A stretch of 64,000 nt of DNA from Lama glama (lineage: Eukaryota): positions 3,968,001 to 4,032,000 of the forward strand of contig CM052820.1 of assembly GCA_028534125.1 (NCBI GenBank). The letters are read 5' to 3'. The notes beneath the pieces are model-generated. The model was given only the letters and a program-made list of their open reading frames with translations, was not told where the DNA came from and did no database searches. Positions 39,165 to 50,085 of this stretch are shown here, piece after piece. Positions within the stretch are counted from its first letter, which is position 1. Each line of letters starts with the position of its first letter. The position numbers and the translations under genes are program-made.

Positions 39165-39435
39165 GCTTACGTGTAACTCTGAAATCCAGAAAGGTCCGAA
39201 AACGGAAGCTTTATTCACAAGTGTTTAGCAGCCTCTTGGTGGCAAAACACATCTGTCATACTGAGTGCGAGTGTCTCAGGCTTTGCCACATTTTGTGAGA
39301 GTCTGATTACAGGGTGGTGCTGCCAGACCGCACAGGCAGTGTTCCGTCACACACACCTTTACCTTCCTAAAACCCAGACTGTCCAAGTCCTGCAAACCCA
39401 CCCGGCCCCACGGTTGAAGGCTCTGGGGACCTACA
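39165..39435. mobile_element. MER46C-like TcMar-Tigger fragment
   Basis: ctctgaaatccagaaaggtccgaaaac ... ccttcctaaaaccca...aaacccacccggccccacggtt. Confidence 0.5.
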
Positions 39436-41803
39436 CCCTACAGACATTCACAGGGAAAGTGAGCTTTGGTTCCACTGCACCTGAATGTTACCTGACAGAA
39501 CTGCACCCTGAACTCAAGACCTCACTTAAACAGCACCTCAACTTTGAGTACTCCACGTCCTAGGAAGCGATTACATAAAACGTGGAAAGCAGATGATAGA
39601 CTGGGAAGACCTGAAGCCGTGGGGCTGCAGCCTTTACCTGTAATAGATACTGGCCTTACAAAAATCTTGAGAACACCGACATTTCAGGCATTTTAGCCAA
39701 AGGCAGGTGAAGGGGGTAGTTTTGCGATTACCTAGAACTTTAGAATAAAGGAAGGCCCTGGGGTTCAGACTGTGCCGTAACCTACCTTGTTATCACTCGG
39801 TTTTTCTCCACAACCCACGTTGTTACCGTTACGTCAGACACCAGACTAATTCCACCCTGACAAGGACCAGCCACAGGGGACAAACCAACCCAGTATTATT
39901 TTAATTATTGCTATTAGTATCATCACATACTGCCCTAGAGGGCAAAATTCCAATACACTTCACACCTTTACCATTCCAAATCCACCATCAATCCACCTGA
40001 CAGGAAACACCCAAACCCCAATGCTTTTAACCTGAATCAGCGATGACCACAGGGAACCACTCTCCTCCTAAGCAGCTCTGTGCCGTCTCCCTCTCCCGCT
40101 CTCTGAGCTGTATTTGTCCGGAACCCAGGCAGCTAATTACTATTTTCGACAAAGCCCATGAGAACAAAGATGCAAGCCTGCTATTACAGGAAGCACTGCT
40201 GCCTGCCTATCTGAACTTCCCCCGAATGCAAGTGACGGCAGCGGCCACTTCATACAAGCCCTGTATCTTAACAAAATAACGCACATTAGTTTTAAAAAAA
40301 TATTTTAAGAGCATATGAGAAGAGATGGAATAATGGTTGGAGTCAAGCACAGCGCCTTCTAAAGTAAGTATTCCAAGGCAGGTTAAAACAAGATGTGTGC
40401 AGCAAGTTAAACTAATTCACGCCAGGCAACAGAGAACGTTGTTACATCCTCATTAATGAACTCAGATTTTAAACACTATCTGCACATTCAACTGCTTTCT
40501 TTCAAATACTTTCTGTCCAATTCTGAGGATCAGTGGGGGCACACTGGAACATGACATCATCTGTCTTCAGTTTAACCTTTAAAGTACTTCAGTGAGGTCA
40601 GTGGTTTCTTTGTATTGGCTGGTTTTAACACACAGCTTTGGCAGTCGGTTCACCTGTAAGGTCCACTAAGGAGGCACTCACTCTCCAGGGCTGGTGAGTT
40701 AGCAGCTGAAAATCTTCAACTAAAAGCCCACACTGCGTGTTTCAACGGCCTTAATCTCTATCATCAGAGGAGTTTTGGTAACTAGCAGAAGGTGCAGTTA
40801 CTAACGGTTTTTCAGTGGTGAGCTAAGCGCACCTGGACAGTGTCTTTAGGCACCACCCCCCACCCCTCCCCGTGAGATGGGTGTAACCATCCAGCCCACT
40901 GCCTGCCCTGGCCGCTTTCCTTCAGGGTGATGCCCACGTGTGCAGAGAGAAGGGGTTTGTGTTTCAAGTTTCTGGAGAATTCTGAGCCCCAAGCAACTTC
41001 CAGAAGGTTAGCGGATATTACCACATCTGCCTCCAGAACTCCCTGCGAGGTGCCTGTTGGAGGGCACCAGAGAACAGAGATCCCAGGGCAGGCTGTGTGC
41101 CCTGTATGCCAGAACTCATCACTAGGAAGCAGAACCCGGTCCTAGGGGAGCTGCCACCACCCGACACCAGTGTGCAGGGAGGGCTATCTCTGACCACTGG
41201 GGTGAACCCTCTTTCTCAGGCGCTCAAAAGATGAGAGCAGCCAAATCAGCGGGGCCACATCCCAGCACTCACAGATGGCAGCGCCTACAGGGAGACCAGG
41301 CTTGGGGGGTGGGGGGAAGGGAATTAAGATGAGAAATTAACCAAGATGAATGTCCTTCTCCCAGCCAGGCAGCACCACCTGTGCAGCATCTTCAGGGGCC
41401 CAGCCCCGGCCCCTGCTGCAGCCCCCAGGTGTCACAGCCGGCAAGCACGCAGTGCAGCAGCAAGCTCAGGAGCATGCTGCGCCAGTACCTGCGGGAGAAA
41501 GCACCGCTTGGCAAGGTGATCTCTCCCTAGACAGGCTTCAGTGGCTGGGGTGACAGGCCCTGAAAGATACCCAGCACACACAGCTGGGAGCAGGGACAGT
41601 CAATCACTTCCAGACCTGCAGCACGACTGAGGGAAAAACCGCAGTACCGGAATTCGCATCCAGCACGGCCACTTGCCGACTGATGACCTGGTAGGGCGGG
41701 TCCTTTGGCTGCTCCCAAGTCCCAGCGCGCTCTGCCAGGCAGGCCGCCGCGGAGCCCGGCCGGTTCCCATCACCGCCCTCCCCTCTCCGGGCGCGCTGCC
41801 CAC

Positions 41804-42773
41804 CTCTGCGCGGAGACCCGTCGATGCTCTCGGCGCTGGACGAGTGCGCGTCGGCTGGGGCCCGACGCAGGCTGCTGAAGTAGCCGCGCGGACGCGAGGC
41901 GCCGCTCCGCGGGGAAGGACCGCCACCGGGCGCGCCATCCCTGCGCGCGAAAATGCCGCTGAAGAAGCGCAGCAGCCGGTGCTCCGACGCCGCGCCAGGG
42001 CCCGCGGCCGCCGCCCGCGCGCGCTCCAGCCGCTGCAGGTCGCTGTTGTCCAGCGTGCGGTTCTTGCTTTTGCTGCGCTCCCAGCGCTCGAGGTCCGAGA
42101 GCCCATCGTTCTTGCTGAGCACCTCGCCCACGTCCAGGGTGTTGCGCTTCTCTGAGGCGGGTTGCGCGGAGGCCGCGGGCTCCAGGGCGGCCCCGAGGTC
42201 AGCCACAGCCTCGCCGCCCGGCGCCCAAGCCAGGCTCCCGGAGCTGCTATGGCGCCTCCCGCGGCCCAGAGACCGGTCCCGCGGCGCCTCTGGTCCGCTC
42301 CAGTGCCTGAAGCTAAGGCTCCGCCGCAAGGGCGCGGCCCGGACCCCCTCCACGTCGGGGCTGCCGGACGCGGGCGAGCCAGGCCCCTCCTCCCCAGCCG
42401 CGGGGCTGCCGGCCAGGTCCGCGGGCTCCGGGCCGCGTGCGCAAGGCCGGAGCCGCCCGAGCTCCAGCTGCCCGGTGCTGCGGGTGCGGAAGGTGCGGAA
42501 GTCCCAGGCGCGCGGCTGGAGGCCCTCCGAATCCTCCGCGTCCGCCGCCTCCTCGGCCTCCTCCACGAGCCGCCCGGGCGCGTCCGGGGAGCGCGCGGGC
42601 CGGGGCCTCCGAGCCTGTCGAGGGTCGGGACCGCCAGGACCCGGCGCGCCCAGCTGCTCCTTCCTAACCATGGTCACGGAGATGCGGTAGACGGTCCTCC
42701 TGGGGGGCGTACCGCGCGGCATCGCGTCCGCGGGCGGAGACGCGGGTTCGCCGCTGCCGTCCAGCAGGTACAT
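41804..42773 (-). CDS. AGAP1: Alternative first coding exon of AGAP1 (long, PIKE-L-like N-terminus, 323 aa: MYLLDGSGEPASPPADAMPRGTPPRRTVYRISVTMVRKE...SIDGSPRR)
   Basis: ATG at 42773 (ggcgacATGt) and a second in-frame ATG at 42722. The frame is stop-free within the CpG island. Donor AGAG|GTGGGC at 41804/41803 is phase 1, so G+AT from exon 14030-14088 gives GAT (Asp) in frame. Motifs RRTVYRISVTMVRKE, KSKNRTLDNSDL and RLLRFFSGIF match the AGAP2/PIKE-L N-terminus as recalled. Confidence 0.85.
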
Positions 42774-43270
42774 GTCGCCCGGGGCCGCGGCCGCCGCGCC
42801 GCCCGCCAGGGCTCCGCTGCATCCGCGGGCCGGGCCGCACGATCGGGGCGGGCGCCGGGCGAGGCGGGGAGGGCGGGAGCGCCCGGAGTGGGCCCACGCC
42901 CCCCGCTCTCCGCGAAGGCTGCGCTCAGGCTGCGGGGACGGCGCCCCTGGCGCCCGCCGGCCCGTGCGCCGTGCGGCCCGAGTGCGGGGGTCCGGGCCCG
43001 GGGCGCCGAGCCATGGGCCGACGGGGCCGAGTGGGCGGAGCGGCGGGCGGGCAGTCAGGCGTGGGGACGGTCTCGCCGGCAGGTGCGGTCGCGGCGCGCA
43101 GGGCCCGGGGCGGGCGGCGGCGCCCGCGGCTTCATTGTCTACGGCGCGGACTCCGCTCGCATCCTCGGGCCTTTTTTGCACAGTTCGGCGGCTCCGCAGC
43201 CTTCGCCACTCCCTGGATTCGGGACGCGCGGGCAGCTGCGCCGGCCGCGGGCTGGGGGCGGGCGGGCGGC

Positions 43271-43316
43271 GGTTTAAAATGGAAATGCGCGCCGGGGCGG
43301 GGCGGGGGCCGACGTG
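43271..43316 (-). promoter_or_regulatory. Putative core promoter: tandem GC boxes (GGGGCGGGGCGGGG) next to a TTTAAA AT-rich element
   Basis: ggtttaaaatgg at 43271-43282 is an isolated AT patch in the island. Sp/KLF boxes at ~43294-43308 lie upstream of it on the minus strand. A TSS near 43245 is inferred, not shown. Confidence 0.4.
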
Positions 43317-44130
43317 CAGGGACCGCGGGCCGCGCGCCCAGCCTGGCCGCCGAGTCCCGGGAGCGCGGCGGCGGCGGCGGCGGGCGCGCGGCTCCGCGGC
43401 TCCGCGGACAGGCCTAAGCGCCGGGGTGGATCGCCAACGCACGAACCGGAGCCTCCGTAGGATGGGCGGTGGGGGCTTGCGCCCCGCCTGAACCGACACT
43501 CTGGAGCTTGGCTTGCAAAAGTGAACAAAATATGCGTCGTCTCTGACCCGCTAAGGGTTTATATGAAGCATCTCTCCTAATCAAGGAGCTCTGAAGAATA
43601 TGCAACCCAAGCGACCTGTTTTAAAAAGCAAGGTACCTTTGGTACTTGTTGTCCTAACTTTACAAGAGGAGCAAGTGCACTCCCAGGAAGGAGAGAACAA
43701 AGACTGGGGAGGCAGCATCGCCGTAATGGCGGTCCTGTTCACACCAGTGCCCTCCGAATGAAGGATTGTGCAGCTTCACTCCTAGTACACTATTTTGGAG
43801 TCTTTCTGCAACGTGTGTGGGAAAACTCCTGACAGACAGGCATTTGCTGCCCGAGATGCAAGCGGGAGAAGACAATGGTTAAGAGAAAAAAGAAGGCTGG
43901 CCTCTCCCAGACCTGCATATCCACTTGCCAGAGGGCTCAGTTTTTACACCTGTAAAGTGGGGGTGGACACCACAAACAGCACCTAAACTCTGAGCATTCT
44001 TGTAGGACTGAACTCGTTCAGAGACTATAGGCAGGCATTCTGCGTGCTAAATACCATTAATATTTAATGTTGATTTCTCTTCCATCATATTTTCCCACTT
44101 GCTATACCTCTTGGCTCTACAGATACTCGT

Positions 44131-44225
44131 TGGTTGGTTTGTTTTAATGGGAATACTGGGGATTGAACCCCGGACCTCGTGCATGCTAAGCACACACTCT
44201 ACCACTGAGCTCTACCCCACACCCC
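44131..44225 (-). mobile_element. tRNA-Ala-derived camelid SINE (vic-1 type)
   Basis: gggattgaaccccggacctcgtgcatgctaagcacacactctaccactgagc is the reverse complement of the SINE head, with a T-rich tail at ~44131-44145. Confidence 0.85.
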
Positions 44226-44729
44226 TATAGGTGCTGGTTCTAGATATCTGATGCAGCACAATATTCACATAGTCGATCAACATACTCGTTCTTCATGATG
44301 TCATGAACATAGACCTCCTGGGTTTGCTGGTTTAAAAGTTTCAGAAGGAAAATGTCATAAATACAATGTCCACTCATCAAACCAGATGCTTTTCTGCAGC
44401 CTTCTCTAGGCCTGGAAATACCAAGACTGTGGAGAAGCTGTTTCTAGGAAACGTGCTCGTGGCCAGGCCGGGCGCTACTCGGGGATTAGACGACTGTGTG
44501 TAAGAGTTGTTTCCCTTCTTTCATCTTTTAGCAATTATGGGGCACCTACTGTGTTCATGGCATTGACGAGGAAATAGAGATGAATCATGAGGTCTCTTAG
44601 GAAGAAGATTATAACCTAGTAGATCTGGGTTGTACCTCAGGGTGAAATAAAATACTCAGATTTAATGAGATAAACTGAATCAACCAGCAGTCTTTCTGGT
44701 TTATTTTTAAAAAGATACTTTAGAGCATA

Positions 44730-45052
44730 GTGGGTTTTTAGGGCCATGAAAGATACTCTGTATGATACAATAGTGATGGTATGTGTCATTATACATTTGC
44801 CCAAACCCACAGAATACGCGACACCAAGAGTGAACCCTAATGTAAACAATGGACGTTGGGTGACGATGACGGGTCAATGTAGATTCGTAAGTTGTAACAA
44901 ATGTACCATCGGGTGGGGGGTGCCGATAGTGCAGGAGGCTGTGCATATATGGGGGTGGTGAGACGCAGGGGTATATGGGAATTCTCTGTACCTTCTGTTC
45001 AGTATTACTCTGAACCAAATACTACTCTAAAAAATAAAGTCTATTGTTTAAA
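44730..45052 (+). mobile_element. L1 3' end (L1MC1-like)
   Basis: tgtcattatacatttgcccaaacccacagaa...caccaagagtgaaccctaatgtaaac...gtaacaaatgtacca...ctctaaaaaataaagtct matches the L1MC 3' UTR. Confidence 0.85.
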
Positions 45053-48000
45053 AGTACTTAAAACACATTTGAGCACCCTCAGTGGCTCCACCTGGACAAC
45101 ATGATTGCCACCATCACAGGGTCACAAGTTCAGTTCACCTGTTCTTGACACTAAAGAGTTCAGGAGTAGTGCCTTTGACATGTCCTCACTGCAAAGGTGG
45201 AGACCCCTGGGACAGATCAATATTACCTTTTGAGTTTCAATAAAAAGTTAAGACCCACAAAAGACCAAACTTCTAGAGTGCTGCCAGGCAGTAATCACCT
45301 ATCCGAATGAAGTTTCTAGAACCCATCGTGTTAGGGGGATGTGGAGACCCAGAGAGGGTGGGTACTTTCCCCAAGGCTACACAGCTCATCGCTGAGAGCT
45401 AAATCTGGGGTCACACTTTCTGTGCCCATTTCCATGCACCAGCATCATTTCTTTTGTCAACATTCTGTGAGAAACGAATGTGTGACTGTTGCCAAATCTG
45501 ACACTCACTGAACTCAAATGATTCCCAACATCTTGGCAAATTTTCGTTTATTTTTCCATTTGTTCATTTATTCATGAAATATACACTGAGTACCTATTGT
45601 GACCCTCCAAAGTGAGGGTTTCTCTGTCCTCAAAGAATTCACAAACCTGTGAAAAATGCTGTAGTTCTCAAGGCCACGTGACTTAACAAAGCCGGAGAGG
45701 GAGGTGAAAGGATGGTTACAATTCTGGGCATGGCCCAGAATTCTAATGGCTGAGCACCCTGAAGATACAGCAAAAGCCTCCAATTTCACAGCTGTAGCTG
45801 TTCAGGCTTAAAGGTCCACCGAGTCTATAAGCAGAGAAACTGAAACTCAGCAGTGCAGAGAGGCTGGGCTCTCTCCAACAGGCAGTGGCGGGGCCAGAAC
45901 CCAAGGCTCCAACGTAGCCTAGGGTCCATTCCCACGAGAATTTGAGACCATGGCAACTTCCATATTGAGATGAATTTTAATATGAAATTGGCTGGCCCAC
46001 AGTTAAGCTATAAAGATACAGCTTGTTACCTGGGGCATTCGTAGCGCCCAAGGCGGGGGGCAGGGGGAAGAGGGGGGAAATAGCGTTTCTTTAGCGCTCA
46101 CTTAACTGTTAGGGTCTTCCAATCACCGCATGCTTGTCTGGAATCCAGCCCGGGTTTTGCACTGTGCTGTCCTAGGATGTGGGCTGCAGAGTAGAAGATT
46201 CCATTTGACCCACCTTAGGTGACACTGAATCTTAGATGACACTGGATGAGGAAACCTCTTTCAGACAGAGCCAGCATGTCCACTATCTTTTGGGGCCTTC
46301 TGCCTCACAAGTCAGCGCCTATTTTTCCACCCCAAACCGAAAGGTTGCAGCTGAGGCCTGAAGGTCTGGGTAGAAAAAGCTGGGAGAATGGCCTCTCCCT
46401 ACTGCCCTGGGAACGTGGGCTCTTCCGATGCACTGAAGACAGAGGCTCAGACAGAACCTGTCACTCCAAACCCTAAATCCTCTTTCACACAGCCAGACCT
46501 GCCTTTGAAAAATAAAAATACCATACTATATGTGTTCAGGTGGCGTGAGGATTTATTTTCCTGTTGCTTTTTAAAGCAGCCCCGATAGACCGTGACTTAC
46601 TGAATTTTGTTCCATGCCACAAAGAATATTTGTATCACCATTTTGGCTTAAAAAAAAAAAAGACTGTCGTTGATCTCGCTGGTACATCAAGACCAAACGG
46701 CATGCAGGCAAAGCCTCGGCATCCTGGAGACTCCAGTGCCGCAGAGGGAAGGACCACAGAGGGGGTCCAGGAGAGGGGGCCAGCCCTACCCACGCCCCCA
46801 TCCATCCGTCACCCTCGGGGCCTGGCTTCCCTCTCCCAGTTCCAAGTTTATGAGATTGTGTGGCCACCCTCCCATGACTTCCTTGTCCTGGGCAGTTTCT
46901 AGCTGCCTATAAATTAAACATCCTGCGTGAAAATACTATTTCACAAGCCTTTCTAGAGCTGATCAACCTCATGGAAAGGATACCCCTGGGAGCCAGCAGA
47001 GCCATCTGCTCCACGAGCTGACTTCCCAAATGACAGAACCTGCCAGCTAGTCACCGTGTGGACAGGATCTTAGCAGAACCACATCTGTAGGCGACAGAGA
47101 CCTGCCAACCACTGACCTTGCCCCGGCCTGGGCTAGCCCATCCTGGGAGCCAGCAAAGGACCCTCCCACAGCTCACGGGGCACGTGGCAGGCTCTCCTCT
47201 GGCCGTGAGTTGACTGACAGGCACATTAGCTGAAGCACAAAGAAAGACATCTACGTCTTACCAACAATCTCACATTTTTACCTTTTGGCAGGAGACTTGA
47301 GTCAGATGGTGACAGCAGGAAGGGTTTCTGATCTCAGACCTACTGTGATGGTCAACCTCTGCAATCACCCTGCCTGGGCTGAACTCATCAGGGGCCCCAT
47401 TTTCCCTCATTTTAGAAGCTGCAGGTTAACAGTGGAACTGCAAGAGAGATAAGGACTTGACCCTTGAGTCACCAAAGGATGGCATGTGCTTGGTCCCTGG
47501 GACAAGGACATTCTGATCCAGCAGAAGATGGACCATGGGAAGCCCTCTGAGCACCTGTGTCTTGCCGGCATTTTTCAAGTCACTGCCAGCCTAGTGATGG
47601 AATCGTATGAGGTGCAGGGACACACAGACATCACAGGGCGGCACCTCTGCTCCACACTCTTAAATTTTCACAGGAAGCCCCCAGCATGATCTCAACAGGC
47701 AACACAGCCATGCTCCACACTCAGAAAGTGAGGAATACAGGTCAGCGACTACTTTTCGCAACCAAATTTGGTATGACCTTAGGAATAAAGAAGGGGTTTT
47801 TTTCAGCCCAGTTCCCATCTGAAGGCATCCTCAGATCTGAGAATCAGGGTTTTGTACACTCGGAAGCCAGAGAGCTGGGTGGCCCAGCGAAGGGCAGAGG
47901 AGTGGGAGGTCCACCCCCAGTGGTACCTCTAGTCCGGCTCAGTATCCTGCCAACAAGGGTTTCTCTGGGGGGCCTTCCAGAGGATTCCAGACTACAGTTG

Positions 48001-48294
48001 GTCACTACAAGATGCTGGCGGTCGGCACACACCTGCCTAGGGCAGCAGCGTGGGCGCTCGCATTTGACATGCAGAGGATTCCCTGTGCGAGGTCAATCAG
48101 GAACAGCGGGGACCCTGACAGTCAGTGGACCTCGGCGTGGGATTAACCAGTGTCACAAATAACCAACCACCAGAATAAAGTGTTACATGTGACATAAAGA
48201 AGGCGGGTAAGAGGAAGGCAGGAAAGTATTATTTCTACCTGAAAACTCAAAAAGGGGTTCAGAAAGGGAAGCAGTATTTGACCTTCATCCAAAG

Positions 48295-48464
48295 CGGGGT
48301 GTGTCCACTGCAGCGCTGCGGGCCTTCTGGGCTGGGGCAGTCTGTGCTGGGGGCTGTCCTGGGCACCACCCCCTAGATGCCAGTAGTACCCCTCCCCAAG
48401 TCAGGTGTGTGCAGAGAGGACCAGTGTCCCTAGGGCACAAAATGCCTCCGGTGTGGAACCAGCA
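48295..48464 (-). mobile_element. MER20 (hAT-Charlie MITE), internally deleted
   Basis: gggggctgtcctgggca...ctagatgccagtagtacc...tgtccctagggcacaaaat...gaaccagc matches the reverse of MER20. Confidence 0.75.
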
Positions 48465-49450
48465 GTCCAAAGGCACAGACTAGACACACTCACATGGAAA
48501 GGGGGCAAGGGGCTCCCTCATCTTTTCAACTTTTCATTTTACCATTTTACTAAGTCAGCCAGCCCTGCCTGCCTCTGTATGTAATAATGAAAAGCTCTAG
48601 ATGGTCTCTCTATTAAAAGAGAAGCAATTACTCCCAGCATTTCTTCCCCAAATAGGAATCACAGCAGCAGTTACAGATGAGCGGCTATCAGTCCTCACGC
48701 TGGGATGGACAAGGCATCAATTACAAGCAGTTTAAATGAATGAGCATCACAGATGGGACTTAAAACAGTGGAAAGAGGGGAAAAATGAAGTTATACCTAC
48801 ACTAATTATTTAACATCCAAAACAGTGTTGTATTATTTTTCATCAGAAAAATGTCCTAAGCAGGATCTTGAAGACTTGGACCCATAAGTGCCTTCCAGCA
48901 CCGCCCAGGTGTGGACAGAGCACCTGAGAGCATGTGGGAGCTCAGCTAGGCTCCTGTCGTCCTTTTGGGGAGCTCCAGCCGTGTGCCCCTGCAGGGACTT
49001 GCACTCAGGCTGGCGGGCTAAGCCCCCAGGGCTGGAGCTGCCTTATCACAGGGTCCCCTCCCTCATTACACCTGCACTAAGTCAGGATGACATCACTCCA
49101 TCCTCTGCAAATGGGAACCACTGTTTAAATTACAGCAAGCTAGGGCTGGAAGAGATGTTAATTCAACCCATTTCACAGATAAAGCAGCTGACTCCACAGG
49201 AAGCCACCTGCCTGAGGCCACAGGAGGGAAGCAGAGAGGGCCCTCCACACAGTTATTGCAGGAGCCCAGAGGAAGCTCTAAAGCCACATGGGAAACTCTG
49301 ATTCAATGGGCAGGCCAATAAGAAGTCTGAATTTCAAAAATATGCCCAGAAATGTCAGTTATGAGTAGATTCTCATTCCCAAACAAAAAAAAAATATGTC
49401 TAAATGTCCTGGTGGTCTTTCTTGCAGTGTCAGGCAAAAGTGGCCGAAGA

Positions 49451-50085
49451 TAAAATTAACTCAAAACAGACTTATCATATGATTCAGCAGTCTCACTCCT
49501 GGGCATATATATATGTGGAGGAAACTCTAATTCAAAAANNNNNNNNNNNNNNNNNNNNNNNNNNNNNNNNNNNNNNNNNNNNNNNNNNNNNNNNNNNNNN
49601 NNNNNNNNNNNNNNNNNNNNNNNNNNNNNNNNNNNNNNNNNNNNNNNNNNNNNNNNNNNNNNNNNNNNNNNNNNNNNNNNNNNNNATAATGCTATTTAAG
49701 CTACATGGATAGACCTAGAGATTATTGTATTAGGTGAAGTAAGTCTGACAGAGAAAGACAAAGTGAAATAAATTTCACATATTTGTGGAATCTTAAAAAA
49801 TGACACAAATAAACTTATTTACAAAATGGAAACAGACTTGTAGACATAGAAAACAAACTTATGGTTATCGGAGGGAAAGGGAGTTCGGGATTTGAAGATA
49901 CTACTATATATAAAACAGGTAAACAACAAGGTCCTACTGTAAAGCACAGGGAACTATATTCAATATCTTGTAGTAACGTATAATGAAAAAGAATATATAT
50001 ATATATGTATGTATGTGTGTGTAACTGAATCACTATACTGTATACCAGCATTGTAAATCAACTAAACTTCAATTAAAAAACAAAA
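49451..50085 (+). mobile_element. Artiodactyl-type L1 3' fragment (end of ORF2 plus 3' UTR), interrupted by a sequence gap
   Basis: catatgattcagcagtctcactcctgggcatata, gacctagagattatt...gtgaagtaagtc, aacaaggtcctactgtaaagcacagggaactatattcaata, ending in cattgtaaatcaactaaacttcaattaaaaaa. Confidence 0.88.
49539..49685. other. Assembly gap (147 N)
   Basis: Run of N inside the L1 fragment. Confidence 0.99.

Larger units (their letters stand above)
41640..43490. promoter_or_regulatory. CpG island / internal promoter of the alternative AGAP1 first exon
   Basis: About 1.9 kb of very GC-rich, CpG-dense, repeat-free sequence, sharply bounded by CpG-poorer flanks and covering the alternative first exon. 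Confidence 0.9.

Noticed and set aside
41673-43491. Long plus-strand ORFs in the CpG island (160, 245, 371, 239 and 148 aa)
   Set aside because: They are antisense shadows of a very GC-rich exon: Arg/Gly/Pro/Ala low-complexity, stop-poor by composition, with no recognisable motifs.
41604-43499. Treating the whole 631-aa ORF as one single-exon gene
   Set aside because: The track start is non-ATG, paralog similarity begins only near 42710, and it ends at a phase-compatible donor at 41804. The remainder is 5' leader and intron read-through.
49404-50051. ORFs spanning or adjoining the N gap
   Set aside because: They are artefacts of N translation and decayed L1 sequence.
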